Assembly: GCF_018350175.1 (NCBI RefSeq)
Contig: NC_058368.1
Span: forward strand, 52,143,815-52,207,814
Source: Felis catus
Lineage: Eukaryota
DNA: 64,000 nt
Reading direction: 5' to 3'
Position numbers and translations under genes: made by a program. This document shows, one piece after another, positions 22,135-35,840 of this stretch (position 1 is the first letter of the stretch; each line of letters starts with the position of its first letter). Below the pieces are notes generated by a model, which was not told the DNA's origin, made no database searches, and saw nothing but the letters and a program-made list of their open reading frames with translations.

Positions 22135-22825
22135 CCAAATTTAATGAGCACCTGCTATAGTCAGACACTGTTCTAAGCCCTGGCTTTATCACAGCGAACA
22201 TGGCCCTTGACCACAAAAAACGTTAGGTCTAGTGGGTAAAACAGACAAATAATAACTAAAGTGGCAAATGTGAATGCACCACAATGTACATACGCTATGA
22301 TAGAGCGCAAAAAGAACAATAAGGAAATGCATACGGCAGGAGCAGCTAACCCAGACTGGGGAGGTCAGAAATTATCCCAGAAAAAACTGTGTCATAGCCT
22401 GGGTTCTGACGAAGAGCTGGCCAAGTGCAAAGTTCAGGAAGGAATTTTCCAGACCAGAGCACAGCAGTAGTTGCAGGGGCCCTGTAGAGCCTCAGAGCTG
22501 GGCGGGGGGAGGGGAGCAGCAGGATCCAGTTCACACAGGACCTGATAAGCCATGTGAAGAACTTGAGAGTTCACCCTATGGGCAATGGGGAGCTAAGAAA
22601 GGATTTTAAGCAGGAGAGTGACATGGTTCATTTTGTGGCGTAGGAAGATTACTGCTGTAAGAAGGTAGGGACAGTGGAGGCGTGCTGTCTGGTTAACAAT
22701 GGGGCAGTGGGGGAAGAAACCTAGGGAAGAAATAATGGTGGCCAAACCCAGGTAGTGGCTGTGGATATGGAACAAGTAAACAGATTCAAGAGACACATAG
22801 GGGGTGTCAACTAGATTTGGTTTTA
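22135..22825 (-). mobile_element. L2 (about 700 bp of the 3' region)
   Basis: AATGAGCACCTGCTATAGTCAGACACTGTTCTAAG; GGATTTTAAGCAGGAGAGTGACATG; ACAGATTCAAGAGAC. Confidence 0.85.
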
Positions 22826-24202
22826 GAAAGAAAAGGCAAGAATAGGGGTCTTCTTGAACATATAAACACATATTTTCAGACCATGTGGGTTTCCACTTAC
22901 CTCTTGAGCCTGGGCTCTGTTCTCATACTAGCCTCTCATCTGATCTCAAGCTGAGGGGTTCAATCTTGTCTCTGACCAATGTGTAAAGAGAAAAGTCATC
23001 AAGACCTTTTGATGCGGCCCCACATCTTTCTCTCCCCCTTCAGTCCAGAAGCCAGGAGGACAGCCTAGGTTTGCATTTTAAATAATTCTATTTGGTGTAG
23101 TGTATGACTGTTCCTCATTCTTATTATATATTAGGAGTTTCAAAGTCAGTCATAATACCAGGTCGCCAATCTTGATGCTTCCTGACAGATGAGGGCTTTG
23201 TGCATATTTTTTCCCTGCTCCTTTTAGACTCTGTGCTCTCCAGTGTTCCATGTAAGAGCAACTACATTTTAATGCAATGACAGCTATGAAAAAATAAAAC
23301 TATCAGTCATTGTCAAATATTTTATAAATGGAGACAGAGGAGGGGTTCAGTTCTCTGTGTAACAAGGACAGAGGAGAAAGGTCAGTGATATATCATGTGG
23401 TATAGGATTTCCCCTTAAGCAATCTTCTGCTAAGACTTGCTCACAGTGTGGAAGCTTTTGTTGGTCAGGGACTCTTAAGATTGCTCCTCAACTTAAGGCT
23501 ACAAATATTCAAGTCTCTGCTCTGTATGGTATTGGAGACAGGAGAGGATGCATTTCAAGTGGATCTGGGGAAAGAATTAATTTTTGTCACTTATGAAAGC
23601 CAGGAACTAATATTCACAGTTGTTTAACTTATGAAAAATTAATTAGATGACTTATAAATTATGTATGTGGGAAAAAGAAAATCTATCAATGGCTGGTTTG
23701 AGAATTCAGAAGAGCACTTAAGTTGATAACAAAAGGTATTTTGTGCAGCAGGTCACGTTTGGGGTGGGCTTTTGTTCTTCCTTTGTGCCTGAAAATGGTG
23801 AATACTGAATTGTTCTTATGTAATCCCCTGGTAGTGAGGGAACTAACCATTTCAATAGAGTTTATCACTGTGTGCTTGTCTGCTGTTTGGAAGCATAGAA
23901 GGCAATTGACAAAAATTGAATAGGAAAGTCAGAGAACTGGAAAGTTTCTAGAAGAACCAGAATGTCTGAATACCGAACCGATGTGCCTAGCAACACCACA
24001 TGACCTCATAATGAGCCCTTCTCCCAGATCTCTTGAGAAAAAAAATAAACACAGTGACGCTAGAAGTCAAAACCACACGTATAATGTAATAAGTAAACAT
24101 ATGTGATGCCAAAACAAGTTTAGATTTATAGTTAAAAATATCTTGTAGAGTAATAAAATATATTTCCTTACATAGTATTGTCAACAAGCCCTCTTACTCA
24201 AC

Positions 24203-24850
24203 TATAGACGGCAACAGTTAAAACCAGTAATAGACAAGATCCACTTAACTCAAGCTGTAACTAAAACCCATTGTTTCTTATCGCACTTTCTTGAGGCATT
24301 GAAGAAGACATTTTGCAATGACTTGAACATTCCATCTGCCAGACCAGAAAAGCCCTGATAGCGACGGAATGCCTAGAAGACCACACCCCACACATCCCAT
24401 TCCCTGCCCTTGGTCACAACTGAACACATACCAACCCCCACTCATGATCACGCCCTCTCTACCTGCCCTTTTGCACATAACCCCCCCCCCAACCTTTCTC
24501 TAAAACTCTAGGTGTCCATCTTGTGGGTGGCGAGGTCAGTTGTTAAGTCTTGAGCCTCCTACCTCCCCCAGCTGCTGGCACCCCAAATAAGTTTCTCCCT
24601 TTCTCTTTTCCAAACCTTCATTTCTTGAATTATTGGCTTCTCTTACAAGTTTATTTGAGTTTGTTTGGCAACATTGTTGGCAAACCCAGCCAGGAACTAT
24701 GCTTTCAATTTGTCTAACCCCCTCGGAATTCCCCAGGACTTGTCCAGCCGTCTCAGGATTCCCCAGGATGGTGCAGTAGGCTACGGCAGCACCAAGGCTT
24801 ACCTGTTCCTTTCCTCAGCTAGTGGCTATGATAGATCCTTCAGTAACTGT
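24203..24850 (+). mobile_element. ERV1-class LTR (about 24203-24673) plus primer-binding site and leader stub
   Basis: LTR-like end TTTGGCAACA at 24673, then TGGCAAACCCAGCCAGGA (24678-24695); degenerate TATA (TCTAAAA) and poly-A signal (AATAAG). Confidence 0.7.
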
Positions 24851-24855
24851 CTGAC

Positions 24856-25086
24856 TTTTATTTACTTTTATTTTTTTAAGTTTATTTATTTATTTCGAGA
24901 GAGAGAGAGAGAGAAAGTGCAAGCAGAGGAGGGGCAGAGAAAGGGGGAGATGGAGAGACTCCCAAGCAGGTTCCTTGCTGTCAGCCCAGAGCCCGATGCA
25001 GGGCTTGAACTCATGAAACTGTGAGATCATGACCTGAGCCGAAATCAAGAGTCTGACCCTTGTCCACTGAGCCACCCCGGTGCCCC
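24856..25086 (-). mobile_element. CAN-SINE
   Basis: Full length; TSD AGTAACTG(TCTG)ACTTTTA. Confidence 0.95.
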
Positions 25087-25664
25087 AGTAACTGACTTTT
25101 AAAAGAATATCTACTATTATTGTATTTTTTTCTCTTAATTTTCTCGTCCATACCAAGAAACGTAGGCAGTGGCAACATTCATGAATGGATGCAAATTGGA
25201 GTGCAGTGACTTTGTTAGAAATGTTCACTGTCACTTTGCAAGATATATTATAAATATGACTCTTAATTAAAGTCTTTTTTAAAGTTCTATAAATGTTTTT
25301 TGGAACGATGAATGTGGATATAATAACTAATTAAATAAATATAGTTTAAATTCAAAATAATTTATTCTAGTTTAAATTCTATAATGAAATGAAAAATGAC
25401 AAACTGTACCTCAGAAAATAGTAGCTATTCTGGATTAGTGATATATTATCTTCAGTGTTGATCTTGGTAAGTAGGATTAGAATCTTAAGTATAAAGTAAA
25501 TTATATCCTTTGATTGGCATACTGTAGATGATTACGCGTTAAATGAAAACAAATCACATTCCTGGTGCTGTCTGGGATTTTCTACAGCTATTTTCCTTTA
25601 CTCTGTTTCTTAATCTTTCTTGAAAAGAGATAGGTTGCTTTCTTTATTCAAAGAAAATAGTTTA

Positions 25665-25891
25665 GGGGCGCCTGGGTGGCTCAGTCGGTTAAGCGTCCGA
25701 CTTCAGCCCGGGTCACAGTCTCGCGGTCCGTGAGTTCGAGCCCCCCGTCGGGCTATGGGCTCATGGCTCAGAGCCTGGAGCCTGCTTCCGATTCTGTGTC
25801 TCTCTCTCTCTCTCTCTGCCCCTCCCCCGTTTATGCTCTGTCTCTCTTTGTCTCAAAAATAAATAAATGTTAAAAAAATTAAAAAAAAAAA
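25665..25891 (+). mobile_element. young CAN-SINE (SINEC_Fc-like)
   Basis: CpG-rich, intact A and B boxes, perfect TSD AAAGAAAATAGTTTA. Confidence 0.97.
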
Positions 25892-27919
25892 AAAGAAAAT
25901 AGTTTAATTAGCACGAAGCAACAGTGTCTACTAAAATTGAAGGAAATTAATGAGTTTGGCCTGGAATTCAAAAGATAGCTAAAAAGAAAATACAAATATA
26001 CCTAAGGGGCAGTCTAATAATCTAATCTAGTTTAGCAATGAGGTGGGCATTTATAATGCCAGCTGAGTTTGGCCTCTTTCATTTTGGGGAGGATTGGCAA
26101 GGGTTTCCCTGTATTATATCCTGCTATACGCAACTGATTTTCATAGTGATATATCCCTTGAGATTTTATCCTAAATGTATGGTTCCACAGAAGAAAAAAA
26201 TGTGGATAAAAATATTAATTCCAGCTTTACTGTCAATTCTAATTCACAGTTGCCCACATATTGAAACTGAGTGACTAAAAGGGGTCTCATTATATTCTAG
26301 GCGTTTGCAATGTCACATCTAGAGAGATGAGCGCACCTGGAGACAAATGACCAGACTACCATAAAACAGAAGCTTAATTATGTTCACTTACATTTTCAAA
26401 TTATTCCCAACAAATTACCTTGGGTAGGTGACACATCCATCAAGGCAAGACTCTAATTTCATATTCACAGTAATGTGCTCCTGTAAACTGCTCTAATAAG
26501 GCTTTAACTGAGTTTTCCTTGTGACCTCACCGAGCTGAAATATTGCAGGCTGTGTATTTTGCAGTATCTCCAATTAATTTCTGACCTTGGTGCTGCCTGG
26601 GCACAATGAGGCAAGTGAAGGGTGGAGATCAGATTTAATTTTGAATTTCCTGACTGCTGCTGGTTTGTATCTCAACTTGAACATTACTTAAACATGTTAT
26701 TTTTGGTCAGTGACTTTTTATGCAGCACCACTGGGCAAATGCAATTAAGTAGGCTAAGTTTTGTTCTCAGCTGTCCTCTGAGTTGTTGTATGGGAACTTG
26801 GACTCTCAACAGGAAACACCTGTATGGTAGTTGTATACCAAGCCTTCCCAGGGAATTAATATATAACATTGTTCCTAAGCCTCACAAGCTCTTCCCCAAA
26901 TAGAAATGCCCAGCTGTATTTGAGGGCTGTATTTTTAATTACTTGTGAAAATCCAACCTCTTGGCTTAGAAGTGAACCTCACTGCAAAGGTCTATCAGGC
27001 TTAGCTGCATCAATGGTCAGCCACAGATTTCATTTATTTCATCGTTCAATTTTAGAGTATTTTTACTCAACCAACTTCTATTGAATATCCACCCTGTATA
27101 AGGATTTTGGAGGGGTACAAAGAAATCAGCTGCAGATCTCTCAACAGAGATAAACAAGAAAAGTACTATTTTCTTGAGTGGAATGCTTTCTTGGAGTTCC
27201 TTTTTGGAGACAACCAGCAGATATTTAGACAGGCTGTTTGCTTTGTGAAAAATAAGTTGAAAGCGTGCCGCTGTAACCTTCTATAACCTGTTTTGGGCAG
27301 TGTATAGATTAAACATAATTAAAACACTCAGTAAAAAAGTCTAGAAAGGAAGGGTAAACATAACAAAACTACCCTTTGCGTGTCACAGCTGCCCTCCTGA
27401 TGAAGTTAGAGAACTCCTCCGAAACAAAAAGCTAAGAAAGCATTGAAAACAAAAGTGGTAAATCAAGTTGAACACGAGGCTGCAGTTATCCTGGTAAAAT
27501 TTGCTGATTTACCTCACTCAGAGGTTTGGGTTTCAATAGCTTAGTGGTTTCAGACAATAGGCCTTGCGCCTAAGCAAGACGAGAGAAATTCCAGCACGAA
27601 GCTGAAGACCTTAAAGAGAAGTACCCTTAGTGAAAGGACCAGAAAGCTCATCCACTGCAATAGGGAAATAGCAGGCAGGGGCATTTATCAGGGTTGGTCT
27701 CAGCACGGGACAGGAGGAAAAAAAAAATGTTCCTCAAGAACATGCAACTCCTCGTTTGAGTTTAGTATTTGAATTTACGACAGCAGAGATGTCTAGATAA
27801 CGTCAAGCTAAGAAATTAAAGGGTGGAGAATAATAGAAGCAAACACAATTCTGATCGATGGTGACACGCGTTCCACCTAGACCTCCCAGCATCCCCAAAG
27901 GTAAAGCATCAACTTACTT

Positions 27920-28985
27920 AAAAAATTAGCATTCGTATCCAAAATATACAAAGAGCCACTAAAACTCAATAATAAGAACACAATCAACACAACTGAAAAA
28001 ATGGATAAAAGATTTGAACAGTCACTTCACCAAAGAGACTATACAGACGGCAAATAAGCTATGAAGAAATGTTCAATATTAGATGTCATTATAAGATTAA
28101 AACAACTAAGTTCAAACGACTACGATGAGATACCACTACATACCTTTTAGATTGGCAAAAATCCAAACCCTAACAGCGCCGAATGCTAACGGGGGTGTGG
28201 AGCAACAGGGCCTCTCATTCATTGTTGGCAGGACAGAAACGCGGCACGGCCGGCCACACTGGGGGACGGTTGGGCCATTTCTTACGAAACCACACTTACA
28301 AAACTTACCCTGTGATTGAGCAATTCTAAGTATTTAGCCAAACGAGTCGAAAACTTACACGCTCACATAAAAGCATCCACATGGATGTTTGGGGTAGGTT
28401 TATTCACAATTGCCCAAACTGGGGGGCAACTAAGATGGCTAAACTGTGATGCACTCGTACAGCAGGGTATGATTCAGCCATAAAAAGAAATGAGTTATCA
28501 GGCTGTGCAAAGACTTGGAGGAATCTTAAAAGCACACTGTAAGTGAAAGAAGCCAGTCTGAGAAGGTTACACACTGTATGACTCCGACTGTATGGCATTC
28601 TGGGAAAGACAAAAGTATAGAGACAGCAAAAAGGTTCGTGGTTGTCAGAGATTCAGGGAAGAGAGGAAGAGAGAGATGAACAGGTGGAGCGCAGAAGATT
28701 TTTAGGGCAACGAAACTATTCTGTGTAATACTATAATGGCAGATTCATGAAATTATACATTTTTCAAAATTCATAGAACTGCATAGCACAAACTCTAGAT
28801 TTTAATCGACAATAATTTATCAACACCTTTTATCAATTAAAATAAATGCAGTACACTAACATATTATGTTAGTAATAATGGAAATTCTGGGGTGGGGGGT
28901 GTTATATACAAGATTCTCTGTACTTAATGTTCATTTTTTTGTAGAAGTCTAACACTCTAAAGAATAAAGTCAATTAATTCAAATG
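27920..28985 (+). mobile_element. L1MC/L1MD-like 3' end (ORF2 end plus 3'UTR)
   Basis: GTATCCAAAATATACAAAGAG...ATGAGATACCACTACATACC...GATTTTTAGGGCAACGAAACTATTCTG. Confidence 0.88.
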
Positions 28986-29056
28986 TTTAAAAATTAGTAA
29001 ATAAATATTCTAGAAAAAATGTTATAATTGAAATTAAAGACTTAGTGAGAACATTA

Positions 29057-30786
29057 GACTTCCACTTTCAGCCCACATGGAATGACAAGGACCAATATTT
29101 ACCCTCCCACCTGAACCAACTAAAAACATGAACAAAATATAGGAAAGGATGGTTTTCAAGACATGAGATATCAGATACCAAGGGACAGTGATATCCACGA
29201 GAAAAGAAACAAGTAAGGTCAGCCTTATGATTTTCTGAGCTTACCGTTTTGAGAGAGTTTCCAAGACAAGGTGAAGAAAAGGGGAACCCATGTAGAACCT
29301 GGCAGCCTCCTTGAGCTGAAGAGATAGAACCGATCGTCCCGGGACAGCAGGGGAGCTGGACAATGCAGGGCTGATTACCTGAAAGGAGAGAGTTACACAG
29401 CTAGAGAACTCTGGAGATCTGCAGGGGGTTGTATTCAGCAGAATTCTGGCTGACCAATGCATGTGGGAAAAGTACTAGATGCTAGAGCTGTTGAACCAAC
29501 CAGAAGGATTAGAAGTAATAGTGCCTGATGCCCACAAAGGACCGAGAATGGTGTCCAGAAGACTGGAAAATCTCACAGGGCATTTGTTAAAGTATAGAGA
29601 AGGGTCTTGCACCAGTCGTATGGGATGAATAGCTCTAGATGGACCACCGCTCCAGTTCTACCCAACAAATCCTTAACATGAGACCAAAACAATCAAGCTG
29701 TTTCTAAGTAACCTAAATGCATCCCAGATAGAGCTCAAGAATATTTGTAGGAATACAAAATATCCAGCATTCAAAAAACCGAATTCAAAGCACCTTGAAT
29801 CAAATAAAAACTTATCAGGCATGCAAACACACAGGAGAATCTGATTCATAATGAGGAGATAAAACATTCAGGTGAAATTAACCCAGTACTGACACTGTTG
29901 TTAGACTTAGTATACCAGAATTTTAAAACAATTATTATAGCTGGATCCCAATATTCAAAAAGTTGAATAGAGACATAAAGGGACCTAAATCAAACTTCCG
30001 GAGATGAAACGTACAACAAAAAATACATAGGGAGGGATTAATAGTGGTTAGGTATCACAAAAGAAAATGATGAGCTAACTTGAAGACGTAACAACATAAA
30101 CTATCCAAAGTGAAACCCAGAGAGAAGAGAGAATTTAAACAAAGAAACAAATAAAACAATGAGCAGATCCTCACTGAGCTGGGGACAGCTTCCAGTGGTT
30201 TAATGTACATAGAATTGGAATCCCTTAAGAAGAGGAAAGAGTGGGAGACAGAACAAATATTTGAAGAAATAATGGCCAAATCTTTCCTAAACTTCGTTAT
30301 AATTGTAAAGCCACAGATTCAAGGAACTCAATAAACCTCAGGCATAAGAAACATAAGGAAGACACCAGTGTACATCATAATAAAATTACTCAAAGTCAGT
30401 CATAAAGAAAGATCTTAAAAGTAGGCAGAGAGAAAAACAGATTACATGTTGGGGCACCTGGGTGGCTCAGTTGGTTGAGCATCAGACTTCAGCTCAGGAC
30501 ATGATCTCAAGGTTCGTGAGTTCCAGCCCCCCATCGGGCTCATTGCTGTCAGCCTGTTAGCGTGGAGCCCATTCGGACCCTTTGTCCCTCTCTCTCTGCC
30601 CCTCCCCTGCTTGCGCTCTCCCAAAATAAATAAGTATATAAAAAAAACAACACACATTACATGTTGATCAGCAGAGATATAACCATGAGAGTTTACAGTC
30701 AGAAACAAATGAGAAAACAGTGGAGCAATATGTTTAAAGTACTGAAAGGAAAAAAAACAAACAAACCTGTGAGCTTAGAATTCTGT
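29057..30786 (+). mobile_element. old L1M 5'UTR plus ORF1 relic
   Basis: GACTTCCACTTTCAGCC start; ORF1-like AAATATTTGAAGAAATAATGGCCAAATCTTTCCTAAAC and GATCTTAAAAGTAGGCAGAGAGAAAA. Confidence 0.8.
30451..30650 (+). mobile_element. CAN-SINE in L1 ORF1
   Basis: TSD ACA(G/C)ATTACATGTT. Confidence 0.93.
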
Positions 30787-31200
30787 ATGTTCCAAGACCC
30801 CCCAGTGGATGCCTGAAACCATGGAGAGTACTGGACTCCATATCCATGTTTTTTTTTTCCCTATACGTACATACCTATGATAAAGTTTAATTTATAAATT
30901 AGGCATGAGAGATTTAACAGTAGCTAATAATAAAATAGAAAAATTTTGACCATTTACTTAACAAAACTTATGTGAATGTGGTCTCTCTCCCTCTCAAAAT
31001 ATCTCATTGTACTGCACTCACCCTTCTTGTCTTGGTGTGAGATGATAAAATGAGGTGTGGTGCAGTGATGCAGGCACTGTGATGGAGTTGGGCTACCATT
31101 GACCTGACGATTCATCAGAAGAAGGATCATCTACTTCTGGACTGTGGTTGATCGCCATAAGGAAATGCAAAAGCAAAACTTCAGATAAGGGGAGTTACTG
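30787..31200. mobile_element. MER44B/Tigger7-like DNA transposon lacking the left TIR
   Basis: ATGTTCCAAGACCCCCAGTGGATGCCTGAAACC, ACATACCTATGATAAAGTTTAATTTATAAATTAGGCA; right end GATAAGGGGAGTTACTG followed by TA. Confidence 0.85.
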
Positions 31201-31345
31201 TACTCTGTGAGATTCCTCTCGTCATCTCTAAGAACCTGCATTTTCACCAGGATGCATTTAAGCGTGGCTTTGTTTTTGTTTGACCTGCTTGGCATTCTGT
31301 GTTCACAGTTGGAATACTCATATCTTTTGAAAAATCTTAAAAATT

Positions 31346-31560
31346 GGGGTGCCTGGGTGGCTCAGTCGGCAAAGCATCCAACTCTGGATTTTGGCTCAGG
31401 TCATGATCTCACAGTTCGTGAGTTCGAGCCCTTGCTTTGGGCTCCAGGCTGGCAGTGTAGAGCCTGCTTGGGATTCTCTCTCTCCCTCTCTCTGCCCCTC
31501 CCCAGCTCTCTCTCTCTCTTTCTCTAAGTAATCAATTTTGAAAAAAAATTTTAAAATAAA
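31346..31560 (+). mobile_element. CAN-SINE
   Basis: GGGGTGCCTGGGTGGCTCAGTCGG head, (CT)n, A-rich tail. Confidence 0.93.
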
Positions 31561-31589
31561 CAAAAATTTATTTTAAATAATTAGCTACT

Positions 31590-32520
31590 CATTTTCTAAA
31601 GATCGCTTTTCTGCCGTTTCCTCTATTCTCTTTTTTGGAGTCCCTGTGAATCCTCTCAAACCATTTTCTATCACTATTAACGGCTCTTTCTATTTTAAAT
31701 CTCCTTATCCCTCTGCAGTGTTCTAGCAGAATACCTCACTATTTTTTCCCTGTCCAGTAATTGTCTCTATTTTTGGGTCCAGTGTAGATATTTTTTATTT
31801 GTTTGTTTGTTTGATTTGTTGTCAATTACTGTTATTACTTGAGGTATTTTTACTTCACTGTTTGCTTTTTCTGTGTTCTTTGTTCATATGTTATGTTTTA
31901 TATTTTTGTTTTGTTATGCCTTCTTACATCTCTTTGAGAACTCAACACATACATATTTTAGGTTAACTTTCATATTGGTTTATTGTATTTTCATTTTATT
32001 AGATTGATTTCATCTCATGGCTGTCGTTCCAAAATTGGTGTTCTTCATGAATCTTGGAACCTTGGTTTCCAGGTTCATCTGCACTGGAAGTCTGACATCA
32101 TCCGTAGGGTGTCTTAAGGCCTCTATCCCACAGAAATTCCGTAAATAATGCAAATCCAGATATCAGGTTCAAGGGTGGCATAGACTCTGCCCTGATTTCT
32201 AGGATCTGTTTACTTCCTCCTATCCCCCTAGTGATGCAGTTTTACAAAAGCTCTAATCATCTGTTCACTAAGTGGTGGACGCCCCTGTTCTGAGCTTGTA
32301 TTCCTGGCACGGAGAGCCCCATTGCAGCTCCTAGTTTTAGTTTTTGCTTCGTCCCATCTCCCATATTGCTCTTAGCTTTTATGACCCGCTAGAGCCCAAA
32401 CTGCCATCAGTCCCCACTTGCTTCCAGACAGCAAACCCCACCTACTGCTTTGAATTTCTTTTTCATTTTTCATCAAAAAGATGTATTTCTTGTCTGTGAG
32501 AGTGGTTTTTACATTCCAGT
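31590..32520 (-). mobile_element. highly diverged L1M 5'/ORF1 region
   Basis: T-rich strand bias and weak resemblance to antisense L1 ORF1/5'UTR. Confidence 0.4.
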
Positions 32521-34924
32521 TTTTATTATTTTGCTTCAGTTAAAATTCGTATGGGAGACGGGTATGAACTTGGCATGTGTGGGCTTAATACTGTTCATTA
32601 TACGATAAGGTGGAGAGGGCAGATATGTTTAATTAAACTCTTTTGTTTTCTCGATGTCGCGGTTGCTGTTACTTAGGCCCTTGCCTAGTGGCCCCTGGGT
32701 AGGCAAGGAAATGTAGTTTGGTTCAATTCCTCTATATAACAAAAATTGAACAGTCGAGTTACTTTTGAACTATAATTTATTGTATACACCCGATATATTC
32801 AAATATTTGTTTACTGAGTTCAATGACATTCTATTTTGTTTTCCTTATTGGAAACCTGGACTTAATATTTCATGTTCTCCCACAAAGACCAGATGTTCTC
32901 AATGTAACGTTCAGGGAGCAGGACCAAAATATGCTCTGAATATACTTTGAAACCTCGTTGTAAAAGATTAATGATCTCTCATTCAACAGGTTCTTTTTTT
33001 TTTTTTTCAGCCTTCCTTTAAATGTTCACGTGACCGATAGCTTATCCATGTGTATTGTACATTACAAATGAACTTGTCAGAAAAGGAATTATATACGTCC
33101 GGGAACCAGAGATAACTTAACGTCAGGACCCATTTCCCAGGCCCCACCCATGGATAATGTGCAAAGTGTTCTTTCCTTAGGAAGAAAAAGTTTTCTCTAT
33201 TGTAGACAATCTTCTTAGGTAAGCTGGTACCAGAATAATACGGATTTTACGTATTTTAAGGTTTACTTTGTTTTTTTTTGCTGAGAGGAATATGCAGCTG
33301 CAATGAATGTGATGTGAGAGCTTGTGAGAATAACAGTTTCAGGACACGGCTGTAATGGAAATCCGAGGAAGCTGGTTTGGATTGCTCCCCAAAGGGGGCT
33401 GAATGGAGAAATGGTTGGTAAATATTTATCACACTAGGCAGAAGCAAACCTCTTCCACCCAGAGCAACTTCACATAGACTACTTTAAAACATCTCCTGTT
33501 TCTCTGAGGTTGACAGTTAACATTTTGCATAGCATGTAAGCCATCTTCCCTTTAAACAAAAATTTAAACTGTTAAACAGCTGTCATTATTGCACAGAATT
33601 TTTAGCAACAAAACCGTAAGAAAAAAGTATTTCACATGGGAATAAAATAAGAGAGACAAAATTAGCCAAAACTGAGATTAAATAAATTGGGAGACTGTCT
33701 CTCATTCAATGAGCCCAAACTGTAGGTGCTTATTAAAAGAAGAAATGAGGACATTCAGAAAATGTCCACTGCTCTCCACATGCCGTGTTAGTCAGAGAGA
33801 GAGTTAATAAGCCAGGGGTTAAAGGAATCAGAGAAAGCCTGGATGCTCCATAGTTTCTGAAAAAGAGGCTCAAAACTATTTTTGTATCTCACATTTATAC
33901 AATGTAGAAAAGGACCAATTATCCATATCAAAGTTTCCAGAGAGACGGGAGGGGGGGGGAGGCAATTGGAGATGAAGGGCAGACTATCCCTCACTCTCTT
34001 CTCCCATCTAATGCCACCAGGTGCCATCAGATGGAAACACAATGGTACCAAAACAGAGTCTATACGCACCGTGTCCCATGGGCTGCCCTCACACACACTG
34101 AGCAGTAAGCAAATGCAAAACCCTGTACGGACAAATTGAATGCTCCAAAGTCATTCTGTGAAACCAGACAAGAGAAAGATGTCCCAGCCTGGGGCATCTG
34201 AAATATGTTTACAGGAAGATGAAAACAGAACAGGTCAAGACACAAACTGTGTGGGTCCTCACTGGTGCCAAAGGCAGGGACCTGTGGTATCCCAGGTCCT
34301 AAGATGCCAAAATCCTAAGAGGATTTGCCCCGGAAAGCAATAGGTCCATTTTATGACTATTCATGTGCACCAACCACAAACAAAAATATAGGAGAAAAAA
34401 TATCTAACAGACTTTTTTGGGGCATGGGAAGTGCGTTATATTGTTTAAATTGGGAACAGATGAAAATCCATGTGTTCTTCTGCCTAAATGGGAAAGGTTT
34501 CAAAATAAACTTGGTAACTCAAAAATAAAGATTCTTAACATTAGACACGAAATAACTCCGATAACAAGTGAATAAGCTTCTCATAAAGATTTTAAAAAAT
34601 CATCAGCATTTATGACCGGTGGTGTGAAACTTTTGTTTGTTCTGAATGAATGGCTACTTAGGAGACAGCTACAAAAAGTGTCCACCAAAACCTCCCAGAT
34701 GTTGAAAATAAATCTTGAAAATAAGTATGAAATAACTATGAAGGTTTAGATTCTATTAATTAGAAAGTTGGTAGTCTTATTTTAATAGCTAAGGATGCTG
34801 TGTGTGTTAAAGAACGGTACTAAAATCTTTTTAATAAGGATCTTTAACTATCTGTAATTTACCATGTTTAGCTGATTGCTTCTTTCTCCTTTTTGAAGGT
34901 CTACCTGCTCAAGGCACTAAGAGG

Positions 34925-35110
34925 GAATATAGTGTCATGGTCAAAACACAGGTTCTATAACAAAATCACTGCAGCGTGATCTTTAGCAAGTTACTCAACC
35001 TCTTTATACTTCATTTTCCCATCCATCAGATGAGGATGACAATATTTATTTCAAGGAGTTGTTGTAAATATTCAAAGTTTTAATATACTTAAAATACACT
35101 TAAGCTGACG
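34925..35110 (+). mobile_element. MIR
   Basis: GTGATCTTTAGCAAGTTACTCAACCTCTTTATACTTCATTTTCCCATCCATCAGATGAGGATGACAAT. Confidence 0.8.
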
Positions 35111-35184
35111 GACATATATATAAACTTTAAATAAGTAAGAACTACAAAGATAATTGGATTTTACCTTCTTATATAGCTTCTTAG

Positions 35185-35411
35185 TTTTATTTTTTTTTAA
35201 TGTTTATTTTATTTCTGAGGGAGAGAGAGACAGAGAGAGACAGGCACAAGCTGGGGAGGGGCAGAGAGAGAGGGAGATACAGAATCCAAAGCAGGCTCCA
35301 GGCTCCCAGCTGTCAGCACAGAACCTGACGCGGGGCTCAAACCCATAAACGGTGAGATCATGACCCGAGCAGAAGTCGGATGCTTAACCAACTGAGCCAC
35401 CCAGGCGCCCC
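35185..35411 (-). mobile_element. CAN-SINE
   Basis: Full length; TSD about TCTTAGTTTT. Confidence 0.96.
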
Positions 35412-35634
35412 TGGCTCTTAGTTTTTATGAACATTTTTATGTTCACTATTAACTGCAATATTCTTATGAAATATCCATCGTTGACCCTATTTTTCAAATT
35501 TGGGAATGAAGCAGAAGAGATTACTCGAGGCCACTCAGCCAAATAGAGCAAAATTTGGAAGCAAAGTCCAGGTCCCGTGGCTCCTGCTCTAGGATGCAAC
35601 TCACTGTGTCCCATTGTCTCTTGACAATTGAGTT

Positions 35635-35812
35635 GTTTTGTTTGTTTGTAATGTTTATTTTTTTCTATTTCTGAGGAAGAGAGAGTGGCAGAGAGAGGGG
35701 GCAGAGGTTCTGAGGCAGGCTCTGTGCTGACAGCAGAGAACCTGATGTGGGGTTCGAACTCAAGAACTGTGAGAACATGACCTGAGCTTAACTGGCTGAG
35801 CCACCCAGGTGC
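35635..35812 (-). mobile_element. CAN-SINE, short and internally deleted
   Basis: GGGGTTCGAACTCAAGAACTGTGAGAACATGACCTGAGC joined to TTAACTGGCTGAGCCACCCAGG. Confidence 0.9.
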
Positions 35813-35840
35813 TGGGCAGTTGAATTTTAACTAAGTCATA

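Noticed and set aside
22895..23065. Minus-strand exon candidate ending GAG|gtaagt
   Set aside because: The shorter version has stops in all three frames, the longer one has a weak acceptor, and no partner exons were found
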